A DNA stretch of 64,000 bases, from NCBI GenBank assembly GCA_045597145.1, contig JAZODU010000023.1, positions 2,987-66,986 of the forward strand. The letters are read 5' to 3'. The notes under the pieces were generated by a model. The model had not been told where the DNA came from, searched no databases, and saw only the letters and a list, made by a program, of their open reading frames with translations. Position 1 is the first letter of the stretch. Every line of letters starts with the position of its first letter. Shown in pieces: positions 38,278 through 47,325 of the stretch. The DNA comes from Eubacteriales bacterium. Its GTDB lineage: Bacteria; Bacillota; Clostridia; Oscillospirales; CAG-272. The position numbers and the translations under genes were made by a program.

Positions 38278-38744
38278 CTGTGGGGGGAGTTCTCCTTCGG
38301 GATCGAGACCGAGCCGGGGTTGAGGTAAAGGTAGTCCTCGTGCTCGGTGCATTTGGGCACGTGCGTGTGTCCGTGGAGCAGGATGTCGCCCTTTTGCAGA
38401 GGCGGAAGCTTTCCTTCATTATAAACGTGACCGTGCGTGGCGTAGATCATGCGCGCGCCCGCAAAAAGGATGGCGTAATCGGCAAGCACGGGGAAATTCA
38501 GCACCATCTGATCCACCTCGGTGTCGCAGTTGCCGCGCACGCAAAGCAGATCGCTTTTGATGCTGTTGAGCATTTCGATCACGCGCTTGGGCGCGTAGTC
38601 GCGGGGCAGGTCGTTGCGCGGGCCGTGGTAGAGGACGTCGCCCAAGAGGACGAGCTTGTCAGCACCTTCTTGGCGGTACGCCTCGAGGAGCTTTTCGCAA
38701 TAGTACGCCGAGCCGTGGATATCCGATGCGATCAGAAGCTTCAT
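38199..38744 (-). CDS. YfcE/MJ0936 family metallophosphoesterase
   Basis: ORF 38199..38846. The start is ATG 38744. MKLLIASDIHGS, LGDVLYHGPRN, VRGNCD and GHTHV motifs. Confidence 0.85.
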   Translation of the reverse strand: MKLLIASDIHGSAYYCEKLLEAYRQEGADKLVLLGDVLYHGPRNDLPRDYAPKRVIEMLNSIKSDLLCVRGNCDTEVDQMVLNFPVLADYAILFAGARMIYATHGHVYNEGKLPPLQKGDILLHGHTHVPKCTEHEDYLYLNPGSVSIPKENSPHSYMTLENGALAWKSLDDGSTYMEYSL

Positions 38745-38769
38745 ATTTGTGGTTCCTTTCTTGAAAGTA

Positions 38770-38889
38770 GGCGCAAAAGAAAAAACGAACAAAAGAAAAG
38801 TGCCGTTCGGAGAGTTTCGCGCTCTGCGGAGCGCGAGGAGAGGCACCGCCTCTCCACTCCGCGCGCTTTTGAAAAAGCTCGACCAAAGC
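38770..38889 (+). repeat. family E intergenic repeat, second copy
   Basis: GGCGCAAAAGAAAAAACG..TTTCGCGCTCTGCGGAGCGCGAGGAG..CCGCGCGCTTTTGAAAAAGCTCGACCAAAGC; compare 14481-14595. Confidence 0.75.
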
Positions 38890-38933
38890 TTACCCGCCGC
38901 CTGACGAGCGCCGTTGCGGCGTGCGCTGTTCGG

Positions 38934-40292
38934 TCAGTTCTTTAAGCTATGAATCGGCGCGGGGATACGTCCGCCGCGGCGAATGAATTTTGCGGGAGAA
39001 TAGGTGTTGAGGTTCATGATGGGAGCCGTGCCGAGAAGGCCTCCGAACTCCACGCTCTCGCCTGCCTTCTTGCCGTATGCGGGGATCAGGCGCACCGCCG
39101 TGGTCTTGGTGTTGACCACGCCGATCGCGATCTCGTCCGCGATGATGCCGTCGATGACCTCCTCGGGCGTGTCCCCGGGAACGGCGATCATATCCAGTCC
39201 CACCGAGCAAACTGCGGTCATTGCCTCCAGCTTTTCAAGCGTCAGCGCACCGCGCTCTACCGCGGCGATCATGCCCGCGTCCTCGGAAACGGGAATGAAC
39301 GCGCCCGAAAGTCCGCCTACGTGCGAGGATGCCATCACGCCACCCTTTTTGACGGCGTCGTTGAGCATCGCCAGTGCCGCGGTCGTGCCGTGCGCGCCGC
39401 AGGACTCCAGCCCCATGCCCTCCAGAATATACGCCACCGAGTCGCCCACGGCAGGCGTAGGTGCGAGCGAGAGGTCAACGATGCCAAAGGGCGTGTCAAG
39501 GCGGCGTGCCGCCTCGTTTGCCACGAGCTGACCGACGCGCGTGATCTTGAACGCGGTCTTTTTGATCACGTCCGCCAGCTCCGACAGGTTGCAATCCCCC
39601 GCGCGGCGGATCGCAGATGCCACCACACCGGGGCCCGAAACGCCGACGTTGATCGCGGTCTCGGGCTCACCGATCCCGCAGAACGCGCCAGCCATAAAGG
39701 GGTTGTCCTCGGGTACGTTTGCAAACACCACGAGCTTTGCGCACGCGATGGAATTGTCGTCCTTGGTCAAAAACGCCGCACGCTTGATGGCAGAGCCCAT
39801 CATGGCGATCGCATCCATGTTGATGCCCGCCTTGGTGGACGCCACGTTGACCGACGAGCAGACGTTGCGCGTTTCGGCAAGTGCCTCGGGGATCGCCGAG
39901 ATCATGTTTCGCGCGCCCTCGGTCATGCCCTTTTGTACGAGTGCCGAAAAGCCGCCGATAAAGTTGATGCCGAGCTCGTCCGCCGCGCGCTGCAGGGTGT
40001 GTGCGATCTTGATGTACCCCTCGGGAGAGGTCGCGCCGCCGATGAGAGAGATGGGCGTGACCGACACGCGCTTGTTGACGATCGGAATGCCGTACATCTT
40101 TTCGATCTCCGCGCCCGTCGCTACAAGCTTTTCTGCTTTTTTGGTGATTTTATCGTAGATCCGCGTGCAAAGGCGGTCGGTGTCCTCGCTCACGCAATCC
40201 CAAAGAGAGATCCCCATGGTGATCGTGCGGATATCGAGATTCTCCTCGCGGATCATGTTGATGGTTTCTAAAATATCCTGCGTATTGATCAT
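38934..40292 (-). CDS. UPF0210/DUF711 (PFL-like) family protein
   Basis: 452 aa. [30 protein letters not shown] is the typical family N-terminus. It is paired with an upstream ACT-domain gene, as usual. Confidence 0.85.
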   Translation of the reverse strand: MINTQDILETINMIREENLDIRTITMGISLWDCVSEDTDRLCTRIYDKITKKAEKLVATGAEIEKMYGIPIVNKRVSVTPISLIGGATSPEGYIKIAHTLQRAADELGINFIGGFSALVQKGMTEGARNMISAIPEALAETRNVCSSVNVASTKAGINMDAIAMMGSAIKRAAFLTKDDNSIACAKLVVFANVPEDNPFMAGAFCGIGEPETAINVGVSGPGVVASAIRRAGDCNLSELADVIKKTAFKITRVGQLVANEAARRLDTPFGIVDLSLAPTPAVGDSVAYILEGMGLESCGAHGTTAALAMLNDAVKKGGVMASSHVGGLSGAFIPVSEDAGMIAAVERGALTLEKLEAMTAVCSVGLDMIAVPGDTPEEVIDGIIADEIAIGVVNTKTTAVRLIPAYGKKAGESVEFGGLLGTAPIMNLNTYSPAKFIRRGGRIPAPIHSLKN

Positions 40293-40302
40293 TGCAGTGC
40301 CC

Positions 40303-40572
40303 TCAGATGTGATGCATCGTGTTGAAAATGTCCTCGTGCATGGTGTGGATCACCAGCCCCTTGCCCTGACCCAGCTTTTCCAGGACATCCACGAAATCCG
40401 CAAAGCCGACGTTGAGGTTGTCAATGTCAGCCAGCATGATCATGGCGAAATACTCGGACAGCACGCTTTGCGTGATGTCAATGATGTTTGCGTGATGCTT
40501 GGCACATACCTGCGCCACGTCTGCGATGATACCAACGGTATCCTTACCCGTTACGGTGATAACTGCTTTCAT
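40303..40572 (-). CDS. ACT domain-containing protein (UPF0237)
   Basis: 89 aa. [19 protein letters not shown]... Confidence 0.85.
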   Translation of the reverse strand: MKAVITVTGKDTVGIIADVAQVCAKHHANIIDITQSVLSEYFAMIMLADIDNLNVGFADFVDVLEKLGQGKGLVIHTMHEDIFNTMHHI

Positions 40573-40613
40573 AGCTGTAAACCTTTCTGTTAATAATTGA
40601 ACGTACTGCTATT

Positions 40614-40642
40614 ATTATAAAAGATTTGCGTCCAAATGTCAA
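40614..40642 (-). promoter_or_regulatory. consensus sigma-A promoter (minus strand): TTGACA, 17-nt spacer, TATAAT
   Basis: On the plus strand, TGTCAA lies at 40637-40642 and ATTATA at 40614-40619, upstream of the ACT/UPF0210 operon. Confidence 0.6.
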
Positions 40643-40678
40643 GAGGGTGTATAATTTTCGGCAAAACGCGAAAGAAGA

Positions 40679-40708
40679 TTGACATAGCCGCGCATCATGT
40701 GCTATAAT
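40679..40708 (+). promoter_or_regulatory. sigma-A promoter: TTGACA, 18-nt spacer, TGcTATAAT
   Basis: TTGACA at 40679-40684 and TATAAT at 40703-40708. Confidence 0.55.
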
Positions 40709-40738
40709 ATAGCCAACGAATTGATCACGGAGGCATTT

Positions 40739-41290
40739 ATGGATTCCAATTCAGGCTTTGGCGCAAACGGCTCGCCTTACGAATACGCGGTCGCGGAGGC
40801 AAAAAGCAAGACACTGACACTGAAAAAGACCGCCCTGATCGTGGCGTACGTGCTCTGGGCACTGCTCTTTTTCCTCGTGGGAAGCATGACCCGTCTGCTC
40901 GTTCCCTTCCTCGCACTCATTCCGCTCACGGTATGGATCTTCGTATTTCTCACGTGGAAACACACGCAGGTCGAATATGAATATTCCTTTTTCTCGGGCA
41001 AGCTCACCGTCAACAAGATCCTTGGCGGTCGCACGCGCAAAAAGCTGCTTGAGGTGATGATCCGCGATATCAGCGCGATCTTCCCCTACGAGGACGTCCA
41101 CGTTTCCAAGGCGGAAAAATGGAACGCAAAGGTCGCGGTCTACGCAGCCTCCTCGCTCTCTGCTCCCTCGCTCTACCTCGCTCTTTGGGAGAACGAGGAG
41201 TCCGGCAAGCGTTACCTGCTCTGCTTTGAGCCCGATGAAAAGGCACTTAAAATTATGAAATATTACAATATGTCCGCATTCGCGAAGTGA
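40739..41290 (+). CDS. hypothetical two-TM membrane protein
   Basis: ORF 40697..41290. The start is ATG 40739 (GGAGG upstream). Two adjacent TM helices followed by a soluble domain. I cannot confidently name the family. Confidence 0.6.
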   Translation: MDSNSGFGANGSPYEYAVAEAKSKTLTLKKTALIVAYVLWALLFFLVGSMTRLLVPFLALIPLTVWIFVFLTWKHTQVEYEYSFFSGKLTVNKILGGRTRKKLLEVMIRDISAIFPYEDVHVSKAEKWNAKVAVYAASSLSAPSLYLALWENEESGKRYLLCFEPDEKALKIMKYYNMSAFAK

Positions 41291-41330
41291 TGACGCGTGC
41301 GCGGAAGGCTACCCATCACTCTCTATAAGG

Positions 41331-41377
41331 ACGCGATACGGGGGGACTTTTTGAAAAAAGTCCCCCCCGTATCGCGT
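41331..41377. repeat. family A palindrome
   Basis: ACGCGATACGGGGGGACTTTTTGAAAAAAGTCCCCCCCGTATCGCGT (one-base asymmetry), about 40 nt after the stop at 41290. Confidence 0.75.
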
Positions 41378-41503
41378 TCCCCGACGCATCTCCTTACACC
41401 CCTAACGCCTCGCGGATGTAAAGATTGCGCACGTATGCGTCGGTCATGTGCCCAAGATGCGCCGTGCAATCTGTTGAAAAGATGTTCCCAAGCACCGGGA
41501 TCT

Positions 41504-42901
41504 TCATATACGCAACCCCTTTGGATAGTAATTTTTCAGCCGACCGCCCACGGCTTTTCCTCCGCCCAACGTCAACAACTCGTCCCCCAGCGACAAAAGC
41601 ACCGCCGTGTAACCCTTCAGATCCGCGGGCACGTCGATCTCCTCGCCCGCAAGGTATTTGCGCACACGTGCGTCGTCGGGGGAGAGCACCACGCGCGAGC
41701 GGCACTCCTTGCCGAAGGACATGAAGAAATGATGGTGCGGAACGATCCGCCCCTTTCGCTCCTCGCCCAAGGGCACGCCAACCGCAACCGTTTGCGCGGG
41801 CAACGGGAACGCCGTTTGCGCGACCGCGGGAAACGCCGAAAGCATACCGTGACGCAACAAAAGCGGCGAGAGCGTGCGCCCGAGCGCTTCGGTCAAAAAT
41901 TCATCCGCCGTTCGGGAAAGCGACTTCGGCAGCGCGGGCAGCTCTATGCGCCGCACCGCTTCCCGCTCGCCGTCTGCGCGCTTGAGAAGCGCCACAAACT
42001 GCCCCTCGCCCGCCGACACGTGCGGATAAAAGCGGCGACAGAGCGAAAGATCCTCGCCGCGCGCGTCAAAGTCCGTCAAGCCGCTCGCGGTGTGCGCGAC
42101 GACCGCCGCATCACACGAAGCAATCGAAAAATCCGCATACGTGCGCAAAAGCCACGCCACGATCTCCTCGTTTTCCTCGGTGGAATAGGTGCAGGTCGAA
42201 TACAACAGATAGCCGCCGGGCGACACACATCTGACGGCACTCTCCAGAATCTCGCGCTGGCGCGCAGCACACATGAAAACGTTTTCCTCGCTCCACTCCG
42301 AGATCGCCAGATCGTTCTTGCGGTACATTCCCTCGCCCGAGCAGGGCGCGTCCACCGCCACCAGATCAAACACGTCGGGATACTGCGCGGCAATGTGCGA
42401 GGCATCGGTGTTGGTCACGCAGACGTTCGAAAGCCCCAGACGCTCGACGTTGCTCGCCAGAATACGGCTGCGCGCCGACACGTATTCGTTCGCCAGCACC
42501 ACACCGCCGCCACGCTCACACAGAGCCGCCATTTGCGTGGTCTTGCCGCCCGGCGCGGCACAAAGATCCAGCACGCGCAAGCCGCGCGTCTCCCAGAAGC
42601 CGCGCGGGACTGCCGCCACGGCGGACATCGCCCCGGGATCCTGCATATAGTACGCCCCTGCCTGATGGTAGGGGTGCTTTCCCGCTTGCGCGTCCTCGGC
42701 GACGATAAAGCCGCCCGTGACGTACGGGATCGGCGTCAATTCAAAGGGTGCGTGCGCGACAAACGCCTCCACCGACACCTTGTGCGTGTTGACGCGCAGC
42801 CCCTTGACCGCGCGCTCGGTGTTGAGCGCGTCGAAAAACGCATCGTATTCACTTCCCAGCAAGCGCTTCATGCGCTCGGCAAAAGCGATCGGCAGATCCA
42901 T
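41504..42901 (-). CDS. RsmB/RsmF-family rRNA (cytosine-C5) methyltransferase
   Basis: 465 aa. YYMQDPGAM, LDLCAAPGGKTT (SAM motif), DAPCSGEGM and YSTCT catalytic Cys motifs. Confidence 0.85.
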   Translation of the reverse strand: MDLPIAFAERMKRLLGSEYDAFFDALNTERAVKGLRVNTHKVSVEAFVAHAPFELTPIPYVTGGFIVAEDAQAGKHPYHQAGAYYMQDPGAMSAVAAVPRGFWETRGLRVLDLCAAPGGKTTQMAALCERGGGVVLANEYVSARSRILASNVERLGLSNVCVTNTDASHIAAQYPDVFDLVAVDAPCSGEGMYRKNDLAISEWSEENVFMCAARQREILESAVRCVSPGGYLLYSTCTYSTEENEEIVAWLLRTYADFSIASCDAAVVAHTASGLTDFDARGEDLSLCRRFYPHVSAGEGQFVALLKRADGEREAVRRIELPALPKSLSRTADEFLTEALGRTLSPLLLRHGMLSAFPAVAQTAFPLPAQTVAVGVPLGEERKGRIVPHHHFFMSFGKECRSRVVLSPDDARVRKYLAGEEIDVPADLKGYTAVLLSLGDELLTLGGGKAVGGRLKNYYPKGLRI

Positions 42902-42963
42902 CGGACACCTCTCAAAATCAGTTTCTCATTCACGCAACGCAAGGTTGCCATTCATTGCCGTAA

Positions 42964-43133
42964 TGTACGGGAAGTAAGAAGTAAAAGTGAACAGTGAATA
43001 AGTTCGGTTGATTTTCGCCACGGGCGAAAATCTTCATTACCTCTTCACTTTTCACTCTTACCTTTTACCTGCTGATACGATAAAATCTTTTATCGTATCA
43101 GCATCGCATCGCCGATGTGTACGGGATGTAAGA
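42964..43133. repeat. about 154-bp structured insert bounded by 16-bp direct repeats TGTACGGGA(A/T)GTAAGA
   Basis: The direct repeats lie at 42964-42979 and 43118-43133 (15/16 identical). Inside are an inverted repeat GTAAGAAGTAAAAGTGAA.. / ..TTCACTTTTCACTCTTAC, the hairpin GATTTTCGCC-acg-GGCGAAAATC and the palindrome GCTGATACGATAAAA-TC-TTTTATCGTATCAGC. Confidence 0.55.
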
Positions 43134-43170
43134 TTGGTAATTTTACATAACCAATCGGTAATTTTTAATG
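43119..43170. repeat. left flank repeat of the toxin cassette
   Basis: GTACGGGATGTAAGATTGGTAATTTTACATAACCAATCGGTAATTTTTAATG. It is related (about two-thirds identical by hand alignment) to the reverse complement of 44053-44103. Confidence 0.5.
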
Positions 43171-43212
43171 CTTAAATCCAAAAATTCAGCAGGGCAAAAA
43201 CGCCCTGCTTTA

Positions 43213-43446
43213 TCAATGGCTTGAAGGACAAAATTCCACTTTTAACTGCATTCCCATTCCTTCGGCAAGTCTGATCAACGTCCGTAAGGACGGATTTGCA
43301 TTTCCTTTTTCCAGCTTACTGATGTCGCCTTGGGCAATTCCCGTAAGCTCGGACAATTCCTTCTGCGTCATTCCCGACGCACGTCTTGCCTCAATCAATG
43401 CCTGTATAATTTCGTCCGCTTCGATTGTATGGGTTGCATTACTCAT
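43213..43446 (-). CDS. XRE-family HTH protein (HigA-like antitoxin/regulator)
   Basis: ORF 43213..43506. The start is ATG 43446, which overlaps the upstream stop. GMTQKELSELTGIAQGDISKLEKGNANPSLRTL is an HTH. Confidence 0.8.
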   Translation of the reverse strand: MSNATHTIEADEIIQALIEARRASGMTQKELSELTGIAQGDISKLEKGNANPSLRTLIRLAEGMGMQLKVEFCPSSH

Positions 43447-43657
43447 CGGTTCCAATGCTCTCCCAATCAATTTCATCCGCATCAACGTAACCGCTGTTTT
43501 CCGCATCTTCTATTCTCTTTGCTTCCTCGGCAGTAACCTTGGTAAAATCGGGATCCCAAGCAAGAACCAACTTTTTGATAAACTCGTAAGCAAACGCCTT
43601 GTCTGCTTCAGGCAGAGCATCCATTAAGCGTGCAGCTTCAATTGCAATACTTGACAT
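43439..43657 (-). CDS. small acidic protein (72 aa), putative antitoxin or adaptor
   Basis: ORF 43439..43705. The start is ATG 43657 (AAGGAGG upstream). The C-terminus is acidic (DAENSGYVDADEIDWESIGTDE). It lies between the toxin and HTH genes. Confidence 0.65.
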   Translation of the reverse strand: MSSIAIEAARLMDALPEADKAFAYEFIKKLVLAWDPDFTKVTAEEAKRIEDAENSGYVDADEIDWESIGTDE

Positions 43658-43670
43658 AAAAGATACCTCC

Positions 43671-43940
43671 TTATTTGTATACATCTCCGCGATTGCCAAT
43701 ATCAATCACGAAGATGATCTCAACCGTTTCTTCGTTTTCGTGTCGGTAGATAATTCTCCACGAGCCAACACGGAGTCGTTTACGTCCGTCGTTGTAGCCC
43801 TGCATTGTTTTTATATCCCCGACAGGTGGATTATAGGTCAGCCCCGCAATAGCATCACGGATTCTGCCAACCGATTTTTTATCCAATTTTGATAAAAATT
43901 TCAGTGCGTCCTTTGAATACCTGATTTTAATCTCATTCAT
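43671..43940 (-). CDS. type II toxin, RelE/ParE superfamily
   Basis: 89 aa. GDIKTMQGYNDGRKRLRVGSWRIIYRHENEETVEIIFVIDIGNRGDVYK fits the RelE/ParE (HigB-like, toxin-first) pattern. Confidence 0.8.
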   Translation of the reverse strand: MNEIKIRYSKDALKFLSKLDKKSVGRIRDAIAGLTYNPPVGDIKTMQGYNDGRKRLRVGSWRIIYRHENEETVEIIFVIDIGNRGDVYK

Positions 43941-43983
43941 TGATTATTCTCCGTAAAAATGGAATGTTTTATCCTACACCTTT

Positions 43984-44012
43984 ATTATATAGGATTTATC
44001 CTATTTTGTCAA
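43984..44012 (-). promoter_or_regulatory. consensus promoter of the toxin operon (TTGACA, 17-nt spacer, TATAAT) with the palindrome AGGATAAATCCT in the spacer
   Basis: On the plus strand, TGTCAA lies at 44007-44012 and ATTATA at 43984-43989. The spacer contains TAGGATAAATCCTA, and a related GTAGGATAAAAC follows the -10. Confidence 0.6.
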
Positions 44013-44052
44013 TAGATTTTGGAAAGATTTTTGGATTTATTTCTATTGCCGA

Positions 44053-44103
44053 CAAAACATTTACCGATTGGCTATCCAGTTTTACCAATTGGTAATATCG
44101 TAC
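44053..44103. repeat. right flank repeat of the toxin cassette
   Basis: CAAAACATTTACCGATTGGCTATCCAGTTTTACCAATTGGTAATATCGTAC. It shares the ATTGGTAA and CCAATCGGTAA blocks with 43119-43170 in inverted orientation. Confidence 0.5.
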
Positions 44104-44135
44104 AATTTATATATGATATATCCAATTAAAATTAG

Positions 44136-45215
44136 TTAAAATATATAACAGGCATCTCCGAAGCTGAAAAATCTGTATTTTTCCTCTACGGCAGTGCGGT
44201 ACGCCGCCATGACCTTCTCCTTGTCATAAAATGCCGACACGAGCATGAGCAGGGTGCTTTCGGGCAGGTGGAAATTCGTGATCAGCGCGTCCACCGCCTT
44301 GAAACGGTAGCCGGGGTAAATGAAGATCCCCGTGTCGCCGCTCATCGCGGGAATATGCCCGTTCTCGTCCGCCACGCTCTCGATCGTGCGGCAGGACGTC
44401 GTGCCCACGCAGATCAGCCGTCCGCCCGCCGCGCGCCGCTCGTTGATGATGCGCGCGCTCTCCTCGGGCACCGAGAAAAACTCGGTGTGCATGACGTGGT
44501 CGGTGATCTTGTCCTCCTTGACGGGGCGGAACGTGCCCAGTCCCACGTGGAGCATCACGGGCGCGATCGCCACGCCCATGTCGCGGATCTTCTGCAAGAG
44601 CTCGGGCGTGAAATGCAGACCCGCCGTGGGCGCCGCCGCCGATCCCTCCTCGCGTGCGTAGACCGTCTGGTAGCGGTCGCGGTCGGCAAGCCGCTCGGTG
44701 ATGTAGGGCGGCAGGGGCATCATGCCGATCTGCTGCAAAATGTCATAAATGTTCGCGAATTTTTCGCGGTCGTAGGTAAAGCGGATCAGGCGGTTGCCCT
44801 CCTCCACGATGTCAACGACCTCCGCGTGCAAAAGCCCGTCGCCAAAGACCAGCTTCATGCCCACGCGTGCGCGCTTACCGGGCTTGACAAGCGTTTCCCA
44901 CGTGTCAAGCTCACGCTGACGCAGCAAAAGCAGCTCGATCATAGCTTCCTCCCTGCCCTCCACGTGCCCGTACAGGCGCGCGGGAATGACCTTGGAATCG
45001 TTGATGACCAGCACGTCGTTCGGCTTCAGGTAATCGAGTATATCGTAAAAATGCTTGTGCTCCAGCGTCCCCGCGGAGCGATCCAGCACCATCATGCGCG
45101 AGTGGTCGCGCATCTCCATGGGGTGCTGCGCGATTCTCTCCTCGGGCAGGTCGTAATAAAAATCCGAGGTGCAGAGCGAGGTTTCGGGGAGTTGGTTGAC
45201 AATGGCTTCTTTCAT
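44136..45215 (-). CDS. queA: S-adenosylmethionine:tRNA ribosyltransferase-isomerase
   Basis: 359 aa. [25 protein letters not shown] and FFSFGDA motifs. Confidence 0.95.
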   Translation of the reverse strand: MKEAIVNQLPETSLCTSDFYYDLPEERIAQHPMEMRDHSRMMVLDRSAGTLEHKHFYDILDYLKPNDVLVINDSKVIPARLYGHVEGREEAMIELLLLRQRELDTWETLVKPGKRARVGMKLVFGDGLLHAEVVDIVEEGNRLIRFTYDREKFANIYDILQQIGMMPLPPYITERLADRDRYQTVYAREEGSAAAPTAGLHFTPELLQKIRDMGVAIAPVMLHVGLGTFRPVKEDKITDHVMHTEFFSVPEESARIINERRAAGGRLICVGTTSCRTIESVADENGHIPAMSGDTGIFIYPGYRFKAVDALITNFHLPESTLLMLVSAFYDKEKVMAAYRTAVEEKYRFFSFGDACYIF

Positions 45216-45385
45216 GCTTTTCTATCCTTTTCGATGGGCGCAAAACGCGCATTTTTACACGCACCGCATATACTGGAATACGGCTCGTGCCAATTCATCC
45301 TTTATTATACATCACTTTGCGTCCGATTGCAACCTTTTTTTCAAAGCGTTGCCGTTTTTGAGCGCACGGAAAGGAGCTTTTCAAT

Positions 45386-46267
45386 ATGAGTCTTTGTAAG
45401 CCTACAGTTTTTACGGGCGTTGCCACTGCGCTCATTACGCCCTTTCGGGGCGGGGAGATCGACTACGACGCCCTTTCGGTCATCATTGAGCAGCAGATCA
45501 CCGCAGGCATCTCCGCCCTGCTCGTTGCGGGCACGACGGGCGAGGGCTCGACCCTTTCGGCTGATGAATACCGCGATCTGGTCGCCTTTTCAAAGGAGCA
45601 GATCGCAGGACGCGTGCCGCTTTTGGCGGGGTGCGGCGCCAACTCGACCGCACGCGCGCTGGAATTGACGCAGGCGGTCTGCGAGGGGGGTGCCGACGCG
45701 CTTTTGGCGGTCACGCCCTACTACAACCGCACCAACGACCGCGGCATCATCGCCCACTACCACGCGCTCGCCGATGCCGCCACGCGTCCGCTGATGCTCT
45801 ACAACGTACCCTCGCGCACGGGATTTACGCTGACGGCGGAGCACTACCGCGCGCTCGCCGATCATCCGAATATCGTAGCGGTCAAGGAGGCGTCGGTCGA
45901 TCTGTGTCTGCTGGAGCAGGTGGTGGCGGAATGCGGCGACCGTCTGGACGTTTACACGGGTAACGACAATCAGACCGTGGCGGCGATGCGCCTCGGTGCG
46001 CGCGGGGTGATCTCGGTCTATTCCAATCTCGATCCGCGCGCAATGGTCGAGCTTTGCCGCCTGTGCGCCTCGGGCGACCAAAAGCGCGCCTCCGCGCGCT
46101 TGCGCGCGCTCCTGCCCCGCATGAACGCACTCTTCCGCGAGGTCAACCCAATTCCCGTCAAGTACCTCGCCGCCGAAAAAGGGCTCTGCGCCCTCGAATA
46201 CCGCCTGCCTCTCGCACCGCCCTCCGCCGACACCGCCCGTTTCCTGAAGGGTGTGTTTGGAGGGTAA
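45386..46267 (+). CDS. dapA: 4-hydroxy-tetrahydrodipicolinate synthase
   Basis: 293 aa. GVATALITPF, GTTGEGSTLS, YNVPSRTG and VAVKEAS (active-site Lys). Confidence 0.95.
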   Translation: MSLCKPTVFTGVATALITPFRGGEIDYDALSVIIEQQITAGISALLVAGTTGEGSTLSADEYRDLVAFSKEQIAGRVPLLAGCGANSTARALELTQAVCEGGADALLAVTPYYNRTNDRGIIAHYHALADAATRPLMLYNVPSRTGFTLTAEHYRALADHPNIVAVKEASVDLCLLEQVVAECGDRLDVYTGNDNQTVAAMRLGARGVISVYSNLDPRAMVELCRLCASGDQKRASARLRALLPRMNALFREVNPIPVKYLAAEKGLCALEYRLPLAPPSADTARFLKGVFGG

Positions 46268-46274
46268 GAGAAAA

Positions 46275-46320
46275 GCTTTGTGGGGAGAAAACTTTTCAAA
46301 AAGTTTTCTCCCCACAAAGC
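46275..46320. repeat. family A palindrome
   Basis: GCTTTGTGGGGAGAAAACTTTT-C-AAAAAGTTTTCTCCCCACAAAGC, between convergent stops (46267 and 46333). Confidence 0.8.
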
Positions 46321-46332
46321 GTCTCAATTCTC

Positions 46333-47058
46333 TCACACCTCAATAATATCCGCGCCCAGAAGGAACGCCTCGCGCACGTCCTCGGGGCAGCAGATGTTGC
46401 CGATGCCGAGCGTGGCATATTTTTTAACACGTGCGCAGGCGGCGGGGCTTGCCTTATCGCGGTCAACGAGCCACGCGAAATTGGGCTTGTCAAGATAGAG
46501 CCAGACCGTCAGCCGCTCGGGGCGCACGAGCGCGATGATCTCGGCAAGTGCCTCGTCGGTGGTGACACCGTCGTAATCGATATACGCATCGGGGAAACGC
46601 GCCTGAATCCGCTTGATGCGCTCCACGTCAGCCGTGGAAAACTCCACCTTGACGTTATAGCGCGCCACGAGATCAAGCAGCGGATCAAGCTCGTCGGTGG
46701 TGATCTTTTTGTCAAGATCCAAAATTACGTCCGAGCCGTCGAGCAGCTCCAAAAGCTCCTCAAGGCGCGGCACGCGCGTACCACGAAATTTCTCGCTGTG
46801 CGACACCCCCGCATCAAGCTCCATCAGCTCCGCGTAGGTCAGATCGCGCACTCGCGTTTCGCGCTCGATGCGCGAGCCGTCGGCATTGCGGCAGGTGCGG
46901 TTGACCATTCCGTCGTGCATCAGCACGACCACGCCGTCACGCGTGTACTGCGGATCGGTTTCAATGTATTCAAAGCCTGCTTCAAACGCCGCGCGGAATG
47001 CGGGCATCGTGTTTTCGGGCGTGTAATAGTTGCCGCCCCTGTGCGAACGGAATTTCAT
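46333..47058 (-). CDS. glycerophosphodiester phosphodiesterase family protein
   Basis: ORF 46333..47064. The likely start is ATG 47058. HRGGNYYTPENTMPAF and YIETDPQYTRDGVVVLMHD. Confidence 0.8.
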   Translation of the reverse strand: MKFRSHRGGNYYTPENTMPAFRAAFEAGFEYIETDPQYTRDGVVVLMHDGMVNRTCRNADGSRIERETRVRDLTYAELMELDAGVSHSEKFRGTRVPRLEELLELLDGSDVILDLDKKITTDELDPLLDLVARYNVKVEFSTADVERIKRIQARFPDAYIDYDGVTTDEALAEIIALVRPERLTVWLYLDKPNFAWLVDRDKASPAACARVKKYATLGIGNICCPEDVREAFLLGADIIEV

Positions 47059-47250
47059 AGTCATTCTCCTTTGTTCTTTTTTACTCGATTATAATATATC
47101 GCTTCGCGGTTGTCAAGTGTATCGCCCAAAAACGAAAACTGCGCAATGCGCCGCCGAAGCTTTTTCAGCAATGTGCACCGCGCCCCCACGGCGAGAACTG
47201 CGACAGACTTGCACCGTGAGCTTTTTTCAAAAAGGTTGTGCCCGAAACCG

Positions 47251-47279
47251 TTGACAACGCCGAAAAAATATGGTAGAAT
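47251..47279 (+). promoter_or_regulatory. sigma-A promoter: TTGACA, 17-nt spacer, TGgTAGAAT
   Basis: TTGACA at 47251-47256 and TAGAAT at 47274-47279. The leader to the lysyl-tRNA synthetase ATG is only about 45 nt. Confidence 0.55.
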
Positions 47280-47325
47280 AATAATGTATGTAATTTTTTA
47301 ATCAAAAAAGTGAGGTTTTTGCATT

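Noticed and set aside
41297-42997. 566-aa ORF on the plus strand
   Set aside because: It is antisense to the RsmB/RsmF-family gene. It is extremely Arg-rich and starts inside a family A palindrome. No motifs.
47065-47325. T-box or other leader upstream of the lysyl-tRNA synthetase gene; lysine riboswitch upstream of dapA (45216-45385)
   Set aside because: The lysK promoter leaves only about 45 nt of leader, which is too short for a T-box. The dapA upstream region shows no L-box-like conserved helices that I can recognise.
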